DNA of 63,409 bases, the filler included, from Octopus bimaculoides (taxonomy: Eukaryota), in the NCBI RefSeq assembly GCF_001194135.2. It is 6 parts of 5 records of this genome, joined end to end, with 100 filler letters (N's around TTAATTAATTAA, not from the genome) between each part and the next. Parts side by side here need not be neighbours in the genome. Positions count along the whole stretch, not along the records: positions 28,802 to 45,215 come from NC_068982.1; positions 45,316 to 52,845 come from NC_068987.1; 4 more parts are not named here. One strand, 5' to 3'. This document shows, piece after piece, positions 38,756 through 48,920 of this stretch; position 1 is the stretch's first letter; each line of letters begins with the position of its first letter. The position numbers and the translations under genes were made by a program. Below the pieces are notes generated by a model that saw nothing but the letters and a program-made list of their open reading frames with translations, did no database searches and was not told the origin of the DNA.

Positions 38756-38880
38756 GAGATGGAGAGAGAGAAAGAGATGGAGAGAGAGAGAAAGAGATGG
38801 AGAGAGATGGAGAGGAGGGAGAGAGATAGAGAGATGGAGAGGAGGGAGAGAGATAGAGAGAGGAAAAGGCAGAGGTAAAG
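38720..38880. repeat. GA-rich tandem repeat (18-bp and 27-bp units)
   Basis: gagatggagagagagaaa repeated, then gagatggagaggagggagagagataga twice. Confidence 0.85.
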
Positions 38881-39060
38881 AAATTAAATATATTGGTTTC
38901 AGATTTTGGCACAAGGCCAGCAATTTCGAGTACTAAACCTCAGTACTCAACTGGTATTTATTTTATCGTGCTAGAAAAAAAGGAATTAAATATATTAATA
39001 AATAAAACAAATCAAGTGACAAAATTAATTTGATCCGCGCGAATCGTATAATGGAAGCAT

Positions 39061-39443
39061 GTTGGCACTCCGTCGCTTACGACGTCGAGGGTTCCAGTTG
39101 ATCCGATCAACAGAACAGCCTGCTCGTGAAATTAACGTGCAAGTGGCTGAGCACTCCACAGACACGTGTACCCTTAACGTAGTTCTCAGGGATATTCAGC
39201 GTGGCACAGTGTGACAAGTCTGACCCTTTGAATTACAGGCACAACAGAAACTCAGGAAGTAAGAGTGAGAGAAAGTTGTGGTGGAAGAGTTCGGCAGGGT
39301 TCGCCACCATCCCCTGCTGGAGTCTCGTGGAACTTTAGGTGTTTTCGCTCAATAAACACTCACAACGCCCGGTCTGGGAATCGAAACCACGATCCTATGA
39401 CCGCGAGTCCGCTGCTCTAACCACTGGGCCATTGCGCCCCCAC
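39061..39443 (-). mobile_element. SINE family 2, full length
   Basis: Family match; degenerate TSD aatggaagcat / aatgaaagtat (39050-39060, 39446-39456). Confidence 0.92.
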
Positions 39444-40366
39444 GCAATGAAAGTATATTCTTAAAAGAAAACCATTGAATAATAAAATTACTGATTTTTC
39501 TCCCATTGTCACGCGCATATGTTTTTAGGAAGGAACACTATTCATGCAATGGGCCACGGTATATTATGGGATTTCGTTATAGTCGTTCCAAAGAGTTAAT
39601 AAGTGTGTCCCTGCTGAGTTGTGAACACAATGTCGAAAGACAATAAATTACTTCGTAAAGTCCAATAAATTATTGACAGCTACTCAGTCATTTGTGTTCT
39701 GCAATGCTAAATTGCCAAAGAAAAAAATAATTAAGTAAACTAACCATACCAGCAGTAGGAAAAAAATACTATTTCAAAAAACGGAAAATGACAGAAGTAT
39801 TTTTTCTTCAAGCTTTTGTTGAAAATGTTATATTTTATTCCAGGGGCGTATATTCTGGCTGCTTGGTAAATGTTGCTTACCCACGGGTCTTGGTAAACTT
39901 TCTTTATAAGAATTTTGTTCTTACAACATTACGATGTAATATCTGGTTGTTATTTGTTTTCAAATCTAATAATACACTGTGAAACAAAAATGAAATCACG
40001 TTGGAGTTGCATTGTGTATAGAAATAGCCTAAAGTTTATAAAGGAAGAATTGGTTCAGCATAACAGCACACGCTTTGACAACAACCATCATACGTCATTG
40101 CTGTTTTTCTTACTTTTTATCATGTTTGGTAAATCTCTTATGATTGAACACGTAGTTTTGTAATTAAAATGTTTGTTCCACAGTTATGTGGCTTCAGGAC
40201 ACATCTAGTTGCTCGGTACAGTGGACAAGTGTCTTTTACTATAACATTAGGGCAACAAACATTTTGTGATTAAAATTTGGTAGATGTAAACTGCAGAATC
40301 CTGTCAAAGGAACCTCTTTGTTGTTTATTAGTTATTGGTCAATTTGTCTTAGCTATGTTTAACATT

Positions 40367-40760
40367 GTGTAGGCGCAATGGCCCAGTGGTTAGGGCAGCG
40401 GACTCGCGGTCATAGGATCGCGGTTTCGATTCCCAGACCGGGTGATGTGAGTGTTTATTGAGCGAAAACACCTAAAACTCCACGAGGCTCCGGCAGGGGA
40501 TGGTGGCGAACCCTGCTGTACTCTTTCACCACAACTTTCTCTCACTCTTACTTCCTGTTGCTGTTGTACCTGTAATTCAAAGGGCCAGCCTTGTCACTCT
40601 TTGTCACGCTGAATATCCCCGAGAACTGCGTTAAGGATACACGTGTCTGTGGTGTGCTCAGTCACTTGCACGTTAATTTCACGAGCAGGCTGTTCCGTTG
40701 ATCGGATCAACTGGAACCCTCGTCGTCGTAAGCGACGGAGTGCCAACACACAAACAAACA
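40367..40760 (+). mobile_element. SINE family 2, full length
   Basis: Family match; TSD atgtttaacat at 40355-40365 and 40761-40771. Confidence 0.93.
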
Positions 40761-41566
40761 ATGTTTAACATCACCACCTAGTCCTTGGATATCTCTAACG
40801 GCACCTTCTCTTTGCAAAAATTCGAGCCAGTTTTCCAACATTGGCGGCTCTGGAAAATAGCGAGAGGTTTTGTTCTTCGACTTCTGATTTAACCATTAAA
40901 AAACACGTGAAAAGAATGAAACATCGTCACGTTGATAATGACTTAAGTTTCAGTTTCACTTGTGTCACATTTAAAGATGTGCAAAGGCATCAGCTCCATC
41001 AGTGGAAACATAAATTGAAAATAAATGGAAAAAAACACCCAAAAAACATAAAAAGCAACAACTCAAAAACATGGGCACAGATATGGATATGAGATCAAGA
41101 AGTAAATTTTCATCCATGTATTTCAAGGTTTTATTCCGTGCACGGTATATTAGGTATCTGTCTTCTATCATAGTCTCAAACTAACCAAAGCCTTGTCAGT
41201 AAGATTCGATTTACGGAAACTTTGTAGAAATCCATGGGGTGTGTGGGTCTTTCCTCTTCTTGGATGGTAAACTTAACCCCTCGTTCGCCTTAACAATACC
41301 ACTTGACCATTGAAAGCGTGTTGTTGTTGTTTGGTGGGGGGTCTACTCAGTTGCATAATCAGGCCTGAAATTCATTTCCTTTTTTGCACCCAATTGTCAC
41401 AGAGGCAATGAAAAGGTCCATGGAATTAGGGCACCAGCAGGGAACACTGAAACACATGTGGCTCAATTACAACGAATGATTCAGTGACAGAGCAAGGGTT
41501 CTCAGCACTCCCAGGCAAAACTATTTTGGTAACTCTTACCTTAATTAATGCATTTTGAGCCCCTAA

Positions 41567-41845
41567 TTCCGCCGAGGCCAACTTTGCCATTCATCCTTTC
41601 GGGGATCGATAAACTAAGTACCAGTTGCGTTCTGGGGTCAATCTAATCGACTGGCTCGCCTCCCCCAAAATTTCGGGCCTTGTCCCTAGAGTAAAAAAGA
41701 ATATTTTTCCGCCGAGGTCGACTTTGCCTTTCTTCCTTTCGGGGTCGATAAATTAAGTACAAGTAGCGTACTCGGGTCAATGTAATCGATTGGCTCCCTC
41801 CCCCAAAATTTAGGGCCTTGTGCCAAGAGTAGACAAGAATATTTT
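41567..41845 (+). mobile_element. Tandem dimer of 5'-truncated SINE family 3
   Basis: Two units of about 140 bp, both starting at ttccgccgagg (41567 and 41707). Confidence 0.88.
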
Positions 41846-42379
41846 GCGCCTCTTCACACCTGTACCCGGGCAAGTTATCCGCTCGTTTCTCGGTCCCTGT
41901 AACTCTAGAGTAATAAGCAAACATATTCAAGAATATTAACAACGGTACAGAATATGCATGACCATTATCTACCACTCAAAAAGATAATCACATAAATCAC
42001 GGTTATAATTTCTTTTTTATTTTTATACACAACGGTATCATGAATCATTTGTCACTCGAATTAAAACCATATTAATTCAAATTAAGGAGAAAACCTCAAT
42101 ATATTTGTCTGTCCTGCTGTCAACAAAAGTAGTTGAATTTCCTCCAAATAACATTCTATCGTTTTAAAAAATATAGACACTTAGAATGATGTAATCGAGA
42201 GGTTCTCAGCACCACCCACGACATATACCCCTTCACACACATTGTACTTCTACACATATATAGATACCCCACTCCCGCACGCTAACATAACCGCTCTCCC
42301 GCCTTACGACCTTATCGTTATACAAAGAAAACAGACCAACAAACATAGCTAGATATACCTACAACCCAGGAAAAAACAT

Positions 42380-42543
42380 GCAGGAGTGACTGTGTGGTAA
42401 GAAGCTTGCTTCTCAACCACATGGCTCCGGGTTCAGTCCCACTGCACTGCGTGGCACCTTGGGCAAGTGTCTTCTACTATAGCCTCGCGCTAACCAAAGC
42501 CTTGTGAGTAGATTTGGTAGATGGAAACTGAAAGAAGCCCGTC

Positions 42544-42575
<32 letters not shown>

Positions 42576-42935
42576 NNNNNNNNNNNNNNNNNNNNNNNNN
42601 NNNNNNNNNNNNNNNNNNNNNNNNNNNNNNNNNNNNNNNNNNNNNNNNNNNNNNNNNNNNNNNNNNNNNNNNNNNNNNNNNNNNNNNNNNNNNNNNNNNN
42701 NNNNNNNNNNNNNNNNNNNNNNNNNNNNNNNNNNNNNNNNNNNNNNNNNNNNNNNNNNNNNNNNNNNNNNNNNNNNNNNNNNNNNNNNNNCGGTTCTGCA
42801 AAAGAGACCGATAGAATAAGCATTAGGCTGACAAAAAAATAAGTCATGGGGTCGATTTGTTCGACTAAAGGTGGTGCTCCAGCATGGCCACAGTAAAAAA
42901 TGACTGAAACAAGTAAAAGACTAGAAGAAAAAGAA
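42380..42935 (+). mobile_element. SINE family 1, full length (central microsatellite lies in a gap)
   Basis: Head before the N gap, 3' half after it. Confidence 0.9.
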
Positions 42936-43146
42936 AGAGAATATCACCCCCGTATCACATACCCCATCCCCAGAGGAGCGCCATACTTAATAATGAGCCC
43001 CCCCCCCCAATCGCTTTAACATAATTATTTTGCCAAGGTTATTTCTGCAGATATTCAACAGAAATATAAAGCCAGGACTGATTTTTGCAACAACGTTTCG
43101 TATCGAGACGTCACATGTAAAAATGAGATCGAAGACAAAAATGGAT

Positions 43147-43200
43147 AATGAGTGTACATGCCATGTTTCAGCGGTTGTTGCCCCTTCTTCAGCACTCATC
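43147..43200 (-). ncRNA. Type I hammerhead ribozyme motif with complete core
   Basis: 5'-GAUGAGUG CUGAAGA AGGGG-CAACAA-CCGCU GAAA CAU-GGC-AUG UA^CACUCAUU-3': 8-bp stem I, CUGANGA, stem II with one G.G mismatch, GAAA, short stem III, GUA cleavage triplet. Confidence 0.75.
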
Positions 43201-43326
43201 TAATCTGTATTTAACAGATTCAAATTAATACACTTCTACTAAAGCAGGGTCTGTTTGATAATCTACTTAATCCACTTGAAATATAATCACACTGTACTAT
43301 GTATATAGCATAATGTCTATAAAAGG

Positions 43327-43664
43327 TCACAAGATCGCGGTTTCGATTCCCAGCCCGGGCTTTGTGAGTGTTTATTGAGCGAAAACACCTAAAGCTCCAC
43401 GAGGCTCCGGCAGGGGATGGTGGCGAACCCTGCTGTACTCTTCCACCACAACTTTCTCTCACTCTTACTTGCTGTTTCTGTTGTGTCTGTAATTCAAAGG
43501 GTCAGCCTTGTCACACTGTGTCACGCTGAATATCCCTGAAAACTGCGTTAAGGGTACACGTGTCTGTGGAGTGCTCAGCCACTTGCACGTTAATTTCACG
43601 AGCAGGCTGTTCCGTTGATTGGATCAACTGGAACCCTCAACGTCGTAAGCGACGGAGTGCCAAC
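43327..43664 (+). mobile_element. SINE family 2, 5'-truncated
   Basis: Family match from the B-box region to the tail; runs into a gap. Confidence 0.9.
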
Positions 43665-44305
43665 NNNNNNNNNNNNNNNNNNNNNNNNNNNNNNNNNNNN
43701 NNNNNNNNNNNNNNNNNNNNNNNNNNNNNNNNNNNNNNNNNNNNNNNNNNNNNNNNNNNNNNNNNNNNNNNNNNNNNNNNNNNNNNNNNNNNNNNNNNNN
43801 NNNNNNNNNNNNNNNNNNNNNNNNNNNNNNNNNNNNNNNNNNNNNNNNNNNNNNNNNNNNNNNNNNNNNNNNNNNNNNNNNNNNNNNNNNNNNNNNNNNN
43901 NNNNNNNNNNNNNNNNNNNNNNNNNNNNNNNNNNNNNNNNNNNNNNNNNNNNNNNNNNNNNNNNNNNNNNNNNNNNNNNNNNNNNNNNNNNNNNNNNNNN
44001 NNNNNNNNNNNNNNNNNNNNNNNNNNNNNNNNNNNNNNNNNNNNNNNNNNNNNNNNNNNNNNNNNNNNNNNNNNNNNNNNNNNNNNNNNNNNNNNNNNNN
44101 NNNNNNNNNNNNNNNNNNNNNNNNNNNNNNNNNNNNNNNNNNNNNNNNNNNNNNNNNNNNNNNNNNNNNNNNNNNNNNNNNNNNNNNNNNNNNNNNNNNN
44201 NNNNNNNNNNNNNNNNNNNNNNNNNNNNNNNNNNNNNNNNNNNNNNNNNNNNNNNNNNNNNNNNNNNNNNNNNNNNNNNNNNNNNNNNNNNNNNNNNNNN
44301 NNNNN

Positions 44306-44352
<47 letters not shown>

Positions 44353-44410
44353 TGCATGTGCATGTATCTATATGTGTATATCCATGTATATATGAATGCA
44401 TTTATCAATA

Positions 44411-44491
44411 TAGTAATCCCTCGATTATTGCAGGTGTTACGTTCTAAACCCCACCGCGATAGGTGAACCGCGATATGTCGAGGGATTATTG
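44411..44491. mobile_element. 81-bp pogo/Tigger-like mini-MITE with TA TSD
   Basis: TA|tagtaatccctcga ... tcgagggattattg|TA. Confidence 0.7.
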
Positions 44492-44975
44492 TATAGATAA
44501 TGCATATCATAAGTATAAGCATACAGCGCTCTGACATTAAGGGAGACAACTCTTAACGATTTATTAATAGACATATCAAGGGAGACAATCTTGTAAAGAA
44601 ACTGCTTGTTAAAATTTTACAAGTTAAGGAAATCAGGTACTTTAAGATATTGCCATCCTAATACAAATGAAATGAATTCGATTAAGAATCCAAAACTTAT
44701 TTAGTTCTGTTGAAAACATATATTCCAAAGCAATTATCGAATCTGAAAATTAACGATATTCCTAATGTATGTGTGAGAATATGCGTCCTTTAGTCTCTAC
44801 TATTCTTTCTATCTCTCTTGGTATTTGTTTATTGTTTATTGCTGTTACAATGAAACTATTTCCTCCTGAATTTGTTTTTGTTTCTACTAACTAAACGCCA
44901 TATTGTTATATCTACTCGTATTTTCCTGCTGAACTGTTTTCCTTGGAGAATAATTTTTCTGATATCCACATTCGC

Positions 44976-45130
44976 GAAGGAGTAGCAAGGTGGTAAGTAG
45001 TTTGCTTACATAGTTCCGGGTTCAGTCCCACTGCGTGGCACCTTGGGCAGGTGTCTTCTACTATAGCCTCGGGCCGCCCAAAGCCTTGTGAGCGGATTTG
45101 GTAGACGGATACTGAAAGAAGCCCGTCGCA
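44976..45130 (+). mobile_element. SINE family 1, 5' half
   Basis: Family match. Confidence 0.85.
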
Positions 45131-45215
45131 TATATATATATATATATATATATAATAAAGTAAAGTTGTGGAATACCGTACGAGTGGAAATATATATGAA
45201 AGAAGGTTTCAAACC

Positions 45216-45315
45216 NNNNNNNNNNNNNNNNNNNNNNNNNNNNNNNNNNNNNNNNNNNNTTAATTAATTAANNNNNNNNNNNNNNNNNNNNNNNNNNNNN
45301 NNNNNNNNNNNNNNN
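45216..45315. other. Artificial spacer N44-TTAATTAATTAA-N44
   Basis: Same as 16970-17069. Confidence 0.95.
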
Positions 45316-45341
45316 TCTCTCTCTTTCTCTCTCTGTGAAAG

Positions 45342-45652
45342 TATCTGTCACTACAGTATCGAAATGTGATTGTTTCAGTTAGTGGAATAGTTTCATTTTT
45401 AAAGTGAAAGTATTTGACATGAGTGTTTTTGTTTCACTTTTGACACGTAATACTTAAATAGTGGAGGAGATATTATGTTGCCGTGTGCTCGAACTCTGCA
45501 AGAAGTTAATAATTTTTTTTGACTAAAACACAACTGGAACCCTAAGTAAGGCATGTGTAAAGTTTGAATGAAATTGGTTGCGTAGTTCTCGAGTTTTAGG
45601 GATTTACACAGACAGACAGACAGACACACATTCTCATTTTTATATATATAGA
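45342..45652 (-). mobile_element. Non-autonomous Helitron-like element, 5' part
   Basis: 5' A|TC terminus; paralog of 9041-9369. Confidence 0.65.
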
Positions 45653-45661
45653 TATATAATT

Positions 45662-45995
45662 TGTGACAGAGCAGATCTGAATGAGATGCAGTTGGCTTTG
45701 TGCCTGGTAGTGCAATCTTCCTAGTGAGGCACTGTAGGAGAAATGCTTGGCTACAAGCAAACCACTATCCTTGGCATTTGTTGACCTGGAGAAGGCTTTG
45801 ACAGGGTACCATGTTCAGTACTAAGGAAACTAGATACAGACAGATTGCTTGTTAGGGCTGTACAAGCTATTTGCAAAGATGCAGTTAGTAAAGTGTGAGT
45901 CAACAACGATTACAGTAATAAATTTGGTGTGAAGATAGGGGTCTATCAAGATTCAGTCCTCAAAAATCTTCTCTTCACCCTAGTCCTACAGACTT
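45662..45995 (+). mobile_element. RTE-clade LINE RT fragment, decayed
   Basis: ...KPLSLAFVDLEKA/FDRVP...LLVRAVQAICKDAVSKV*VNNDYSNKFGVKIGVYQDSVL..LLFTLVL. Confidence 0.8.
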
Positions 45996-46029
45996 ACATT
46001 TATATATGTTCCCACATATACATGTTTAT

Positions 46030-46291
46030 ACAGTTCTATATTTAAGGAATTATGTACATTATTTACAATTGACGGATATTTGTCCTTATCTTGTTTGTTG
46101 TTAACAAAAAAACAGGTTGATATACCCTCCTGACATACCCTTTATCAGGTGTCTTGGAGAAATTTCGAACCTGGGTATTTTTGGATGTTATTATTATCAT
46201 TATTATTATTATTATTCAGGTCACTGCCTGGAATTGAACTCGGAATCTTGGGGTTAGTAGCCCACGCTCTTAACCACTAAGCCATATGCCC
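46030..46291 (-). mobile_element. Penelope 3' pLTR-like module: tRNA-like head, (AAT)n, decayed hammerhead module
   Basis: 46217-46291 (minus) GGGCATATGGCTTAGTGGTTAAGAGCGTGGGCTACTAACCCCAAGATTCCGAGTTCAATTCCAGGCAGTGACCTG has A and B boxes and is followed by the same module seen at 47213-47397 and 18860-19010. Confidence 0.78.
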
Positions 46292-46299
46292 ATGGGCAA

Positions 46300-47211
46300 T
46301 TATGGAGTGAATTTTACGGCTTGTAAATCTAATATTCTCCTATCCTTCTTAATACCGGTTCCCTTATGCTGTTCATATCTGCACTCGGTCTGCTTATCTC
46401 CCCGTGTCACAGCTTTGCGATGTTCTTCTACCCTTATTTTGAGGAGGCAGCATGTTTCACTTTTGTATAACCTACCACAACTGCATGGGATGGAGTACAT
46501 GCAGTCTTTGGTCATATTCTCTTCTATTGGTGGTTTTACTCGAAGGAGATATTTGCAAAGTGTTGTATTACTTTTGAATACTATTCTGATGCCATATGGG
46601 CCGCATATCTTTTGTATCTTTCAGAGAGGCCTTTCACATAGGGTAGACAGACTGTGGACAGTTTATCGGTTTCATCCTCTCTTTTCTTCCTAATTGGAGT
46701 GGAGAGTATGCTTGATCATTTCTTCATGGTGGATATCACGATTGCTACTTATATTCATTGCTTGATGTCTTAGGCACTGAGCAATCCCTCTCTTTACACT
46801 GTATGGATGGTGAGAGTTGAAGTTGGGGTATCGTCCAGTGAAGGTCGGCTTGTGGTATATGGATATCCTGAATCCATACTTGGTGTGTGTTATTTATACG
46901 TCCAGGAATGCTAGCTGATTGTCTTTTTCTTTTTCCATTGTGAACTGTAGGTATGGCTTTATTGAGTTCACATGATCTAACAGCACTTGGACATCTTCCT
47001 GGTGGGGCCAGAGTATGAAGGTGTCATCAACATATCGCAGCCATAGGGTTGGTTTTAGTGGTGTTGATCCTAAAGCCAAATTCTCAAAGTATTCCATATA
47101 TATATTGGCTATTATCGGTGATAATGGCGAACCTATAGCTAAACCCTCTTCTTGTTGATATTTATTAGTGTCCATACTGAAGTAGGTAGTTTCTACACAG
47201 AAGGTCAACAT
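46300..47211 (-). pseudogene. Penelope-like (Poseidon-type) RT to GIY-YIG ORF, 5'-truncated and disrupted
   Basis: YQQEEGLAIGSPLSPIIANIYME...WLRYVDDTF...QFTMEKEKDNQLAFLDV...YHKPTFTGRY...MYSIPCSCGRLYKSETCCLLKIRVEEHRKAV. Confidence 0.92.
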
Positions 47212-47212
47212 T

Positions 47213-47397
47213 CAGTGACCTTAAAAATGATAATAATAATAATAATAACAACAACATTGAAAAATACCTTAGGAATGAGATCCCAGGTTCAAAATTTCCC
47301 CAAGACACCTGATGAAGGCTGGAGGGTATATCAGCTGAAACGTGTTAACAACAAACAAGATGAGGATAAATATCCGTCAAATGTAAATAATGTACAT
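47213..47397 (+). mobile_element. Inverted 5' copy of the Penelope pLTR module with hammerhead-like motif
   Basis: Inverted homolog of 46030-46225; GACAC CTGATGA AGGCTG...CAGCT GAAA CGTGTT at 47304-47346. Confidence 0.82.
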
Positions 47398-47444
47398 GTT
47401 CATGTTAGTATATATCATCATTATTATTATTACTAAGAAAACAG

Positions 47445-48180
47445 TGAACTTACAGAATTATTAGCACACCAGACAAAATGCATCTCTTCTGGCTTTATGT
47501 TGAGTTCAATTTTCCCCTCCCTTCAAAGTTCTGACAGTGAACTGACAGAATCATTAGCACACCATACAAAATGCTTGGCAGCATTTCATCTAGCTTTATG
47601 TTCTGAGTTCAGTTTACCCCTCCCCTGAAAATTGCTGGTCTTGTGCTAACATTTGAAACAGTTATTATTCTTAAGGCAGTAAGCTGGCTGAAGTGATAGA
47701 TATTGGAAAAATGCTTACAGGCATTTCTTCTAAAACTTATGTCCTGAGTTCAAATCTTGCTGAGGTCAAGTTTGCCTTTCATCTTCTTGTGGTTGATAAA
47801 TAAGTACCATTTGGGTATTGGGGTTGATGTAATCAATTGGTCTTCTCTCACAAGATTTCAGGCCTTGTGCCTATAATACAAAGTTATTATTTGTCAGCAG
47901 ACGTCACTTAAGAGCTGAGAGTTTGGTGCCAAAGTGGCTGTGCACGAAACTCTTGACCCTTGAGTCATTTTGTATCATTTGAAGAATAAACGTAATGAAG
48001 GTTTCAAATTATGACACAAGGCCAGCCGTTTTAAGGGAGGGTTAAGTCAGTTACATTGCCCTCCCATTGTTCAGTTGTTACTTATTTGGTCGACCCTGAA
48101 AAGATGAAAGGCATAGTTGACCTTGGTGAAATTTGAATCCAGAACTTAAAAAGCTGGAAAATATGCCATTAAGCATTTTG
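47445..48180. mobile_element. Cluster of decayed SINE family 3 copies (three plus, one minus)
   Basis: Repeated cagaatcattagcacacc...aaaatgc...ctgagttca motifs. Confidence 0.75.
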
Positions 48181-48185
48181 TAAGG

Positions 48186-48189
<4 letters not shown>

Positions 48190-48242
<53 letters not shown>

Positions 48243-48735
48243 TCGTTTATTGGCCACAAGGGCTTACATAAAATTACATTAAAACACATACAACATAAAA
48301 GACAAAAGACAGGACGATACAATGGGTTTTACAACCTGTAAACAAAATAAATAACGATTAAAAATTAAACAATTTAAAACTCTCAATAGAGGAGACGCTT
48401 TGAGGACCCCGTGGAAAAACCCACGGGTGCCTGAACAACAGGGCAAGAGCCCTTCTTTTGTTTACAGGTGCATGCTCAGAATTGGTTTTTTCACACTGGC
48501 CATTTTTCCAACATTCACTCACCATTCAACAAACTTGCTACAAAGCAACACTTCCCTCCCTACTCTCAACTTCCTCTTCAAATGAAACTTGAAAAAGTTG
48601 ATGAGGGCTTGGCCACAGAGGAAAGTGCCTGCCTTTAGCCCTTTCAAACGGGTCCACCATACTACCTTTTTCACTACAGCCACTAGACAAATAAAAATTG
48701 CCTTCCCCTCCCGGCCAAAAGAGGGCGGCGGGGCA
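48190..48735 (-). mobile_element. Tx1/L1-like LINE 3' end with AATAAA and (ATT)n tail
   Basis: ...LVAVVKKVVWWTRLKGL...LINFFKFHLKRKLRVGRE...FVEW*V resembles Tx1 ORF2 C-termini; ccAATAAAcgaattattatt tail. Confidence 0.75.
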
Positions 48736-48754
48736 ATCTTCACAATAATAATAA

Positions 48755-48920
48755 TCCTTTTTACTATAGGCACAAGGCCTGAATTTTGGTAGGAGGGGAC
48801 TAGTCGATTAAATCAACTGGTACTTATTTTATCAACCCCAGAAGAATAAATGGCCAAGTCGTCCTCAAGCAGAATTTGAATCCAGAACTTTTTGAATAAA
48901 TATGTCACTAAGCATTTTGT
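48755..48920 (-). mobile_element. SINE family 3, 5'-truncated
   Basis: Family match; shares non-consensus bases with the 48000-48180 copy. Confidence 0.75.

Noticed and set aside
40841-41092. ORF with faint resemblance to a Buster/hAT N-terminus (RHVDNDLSFSFTCVT)
   Set aside because: The following Cys/His zinc-finger residues are absent.
43085-43125. Second hammerhead next to the intact one (cGAAACGTT on the minus strand)
   Set aside because: No CUGANGA (reads gTGACGT) and no convincing stem I or II.
46217-46291. Possible tRNA gene
   Set aside because: The acceptor stem and T-stem do not pair; it is a SINE-type tRNA-derived head.
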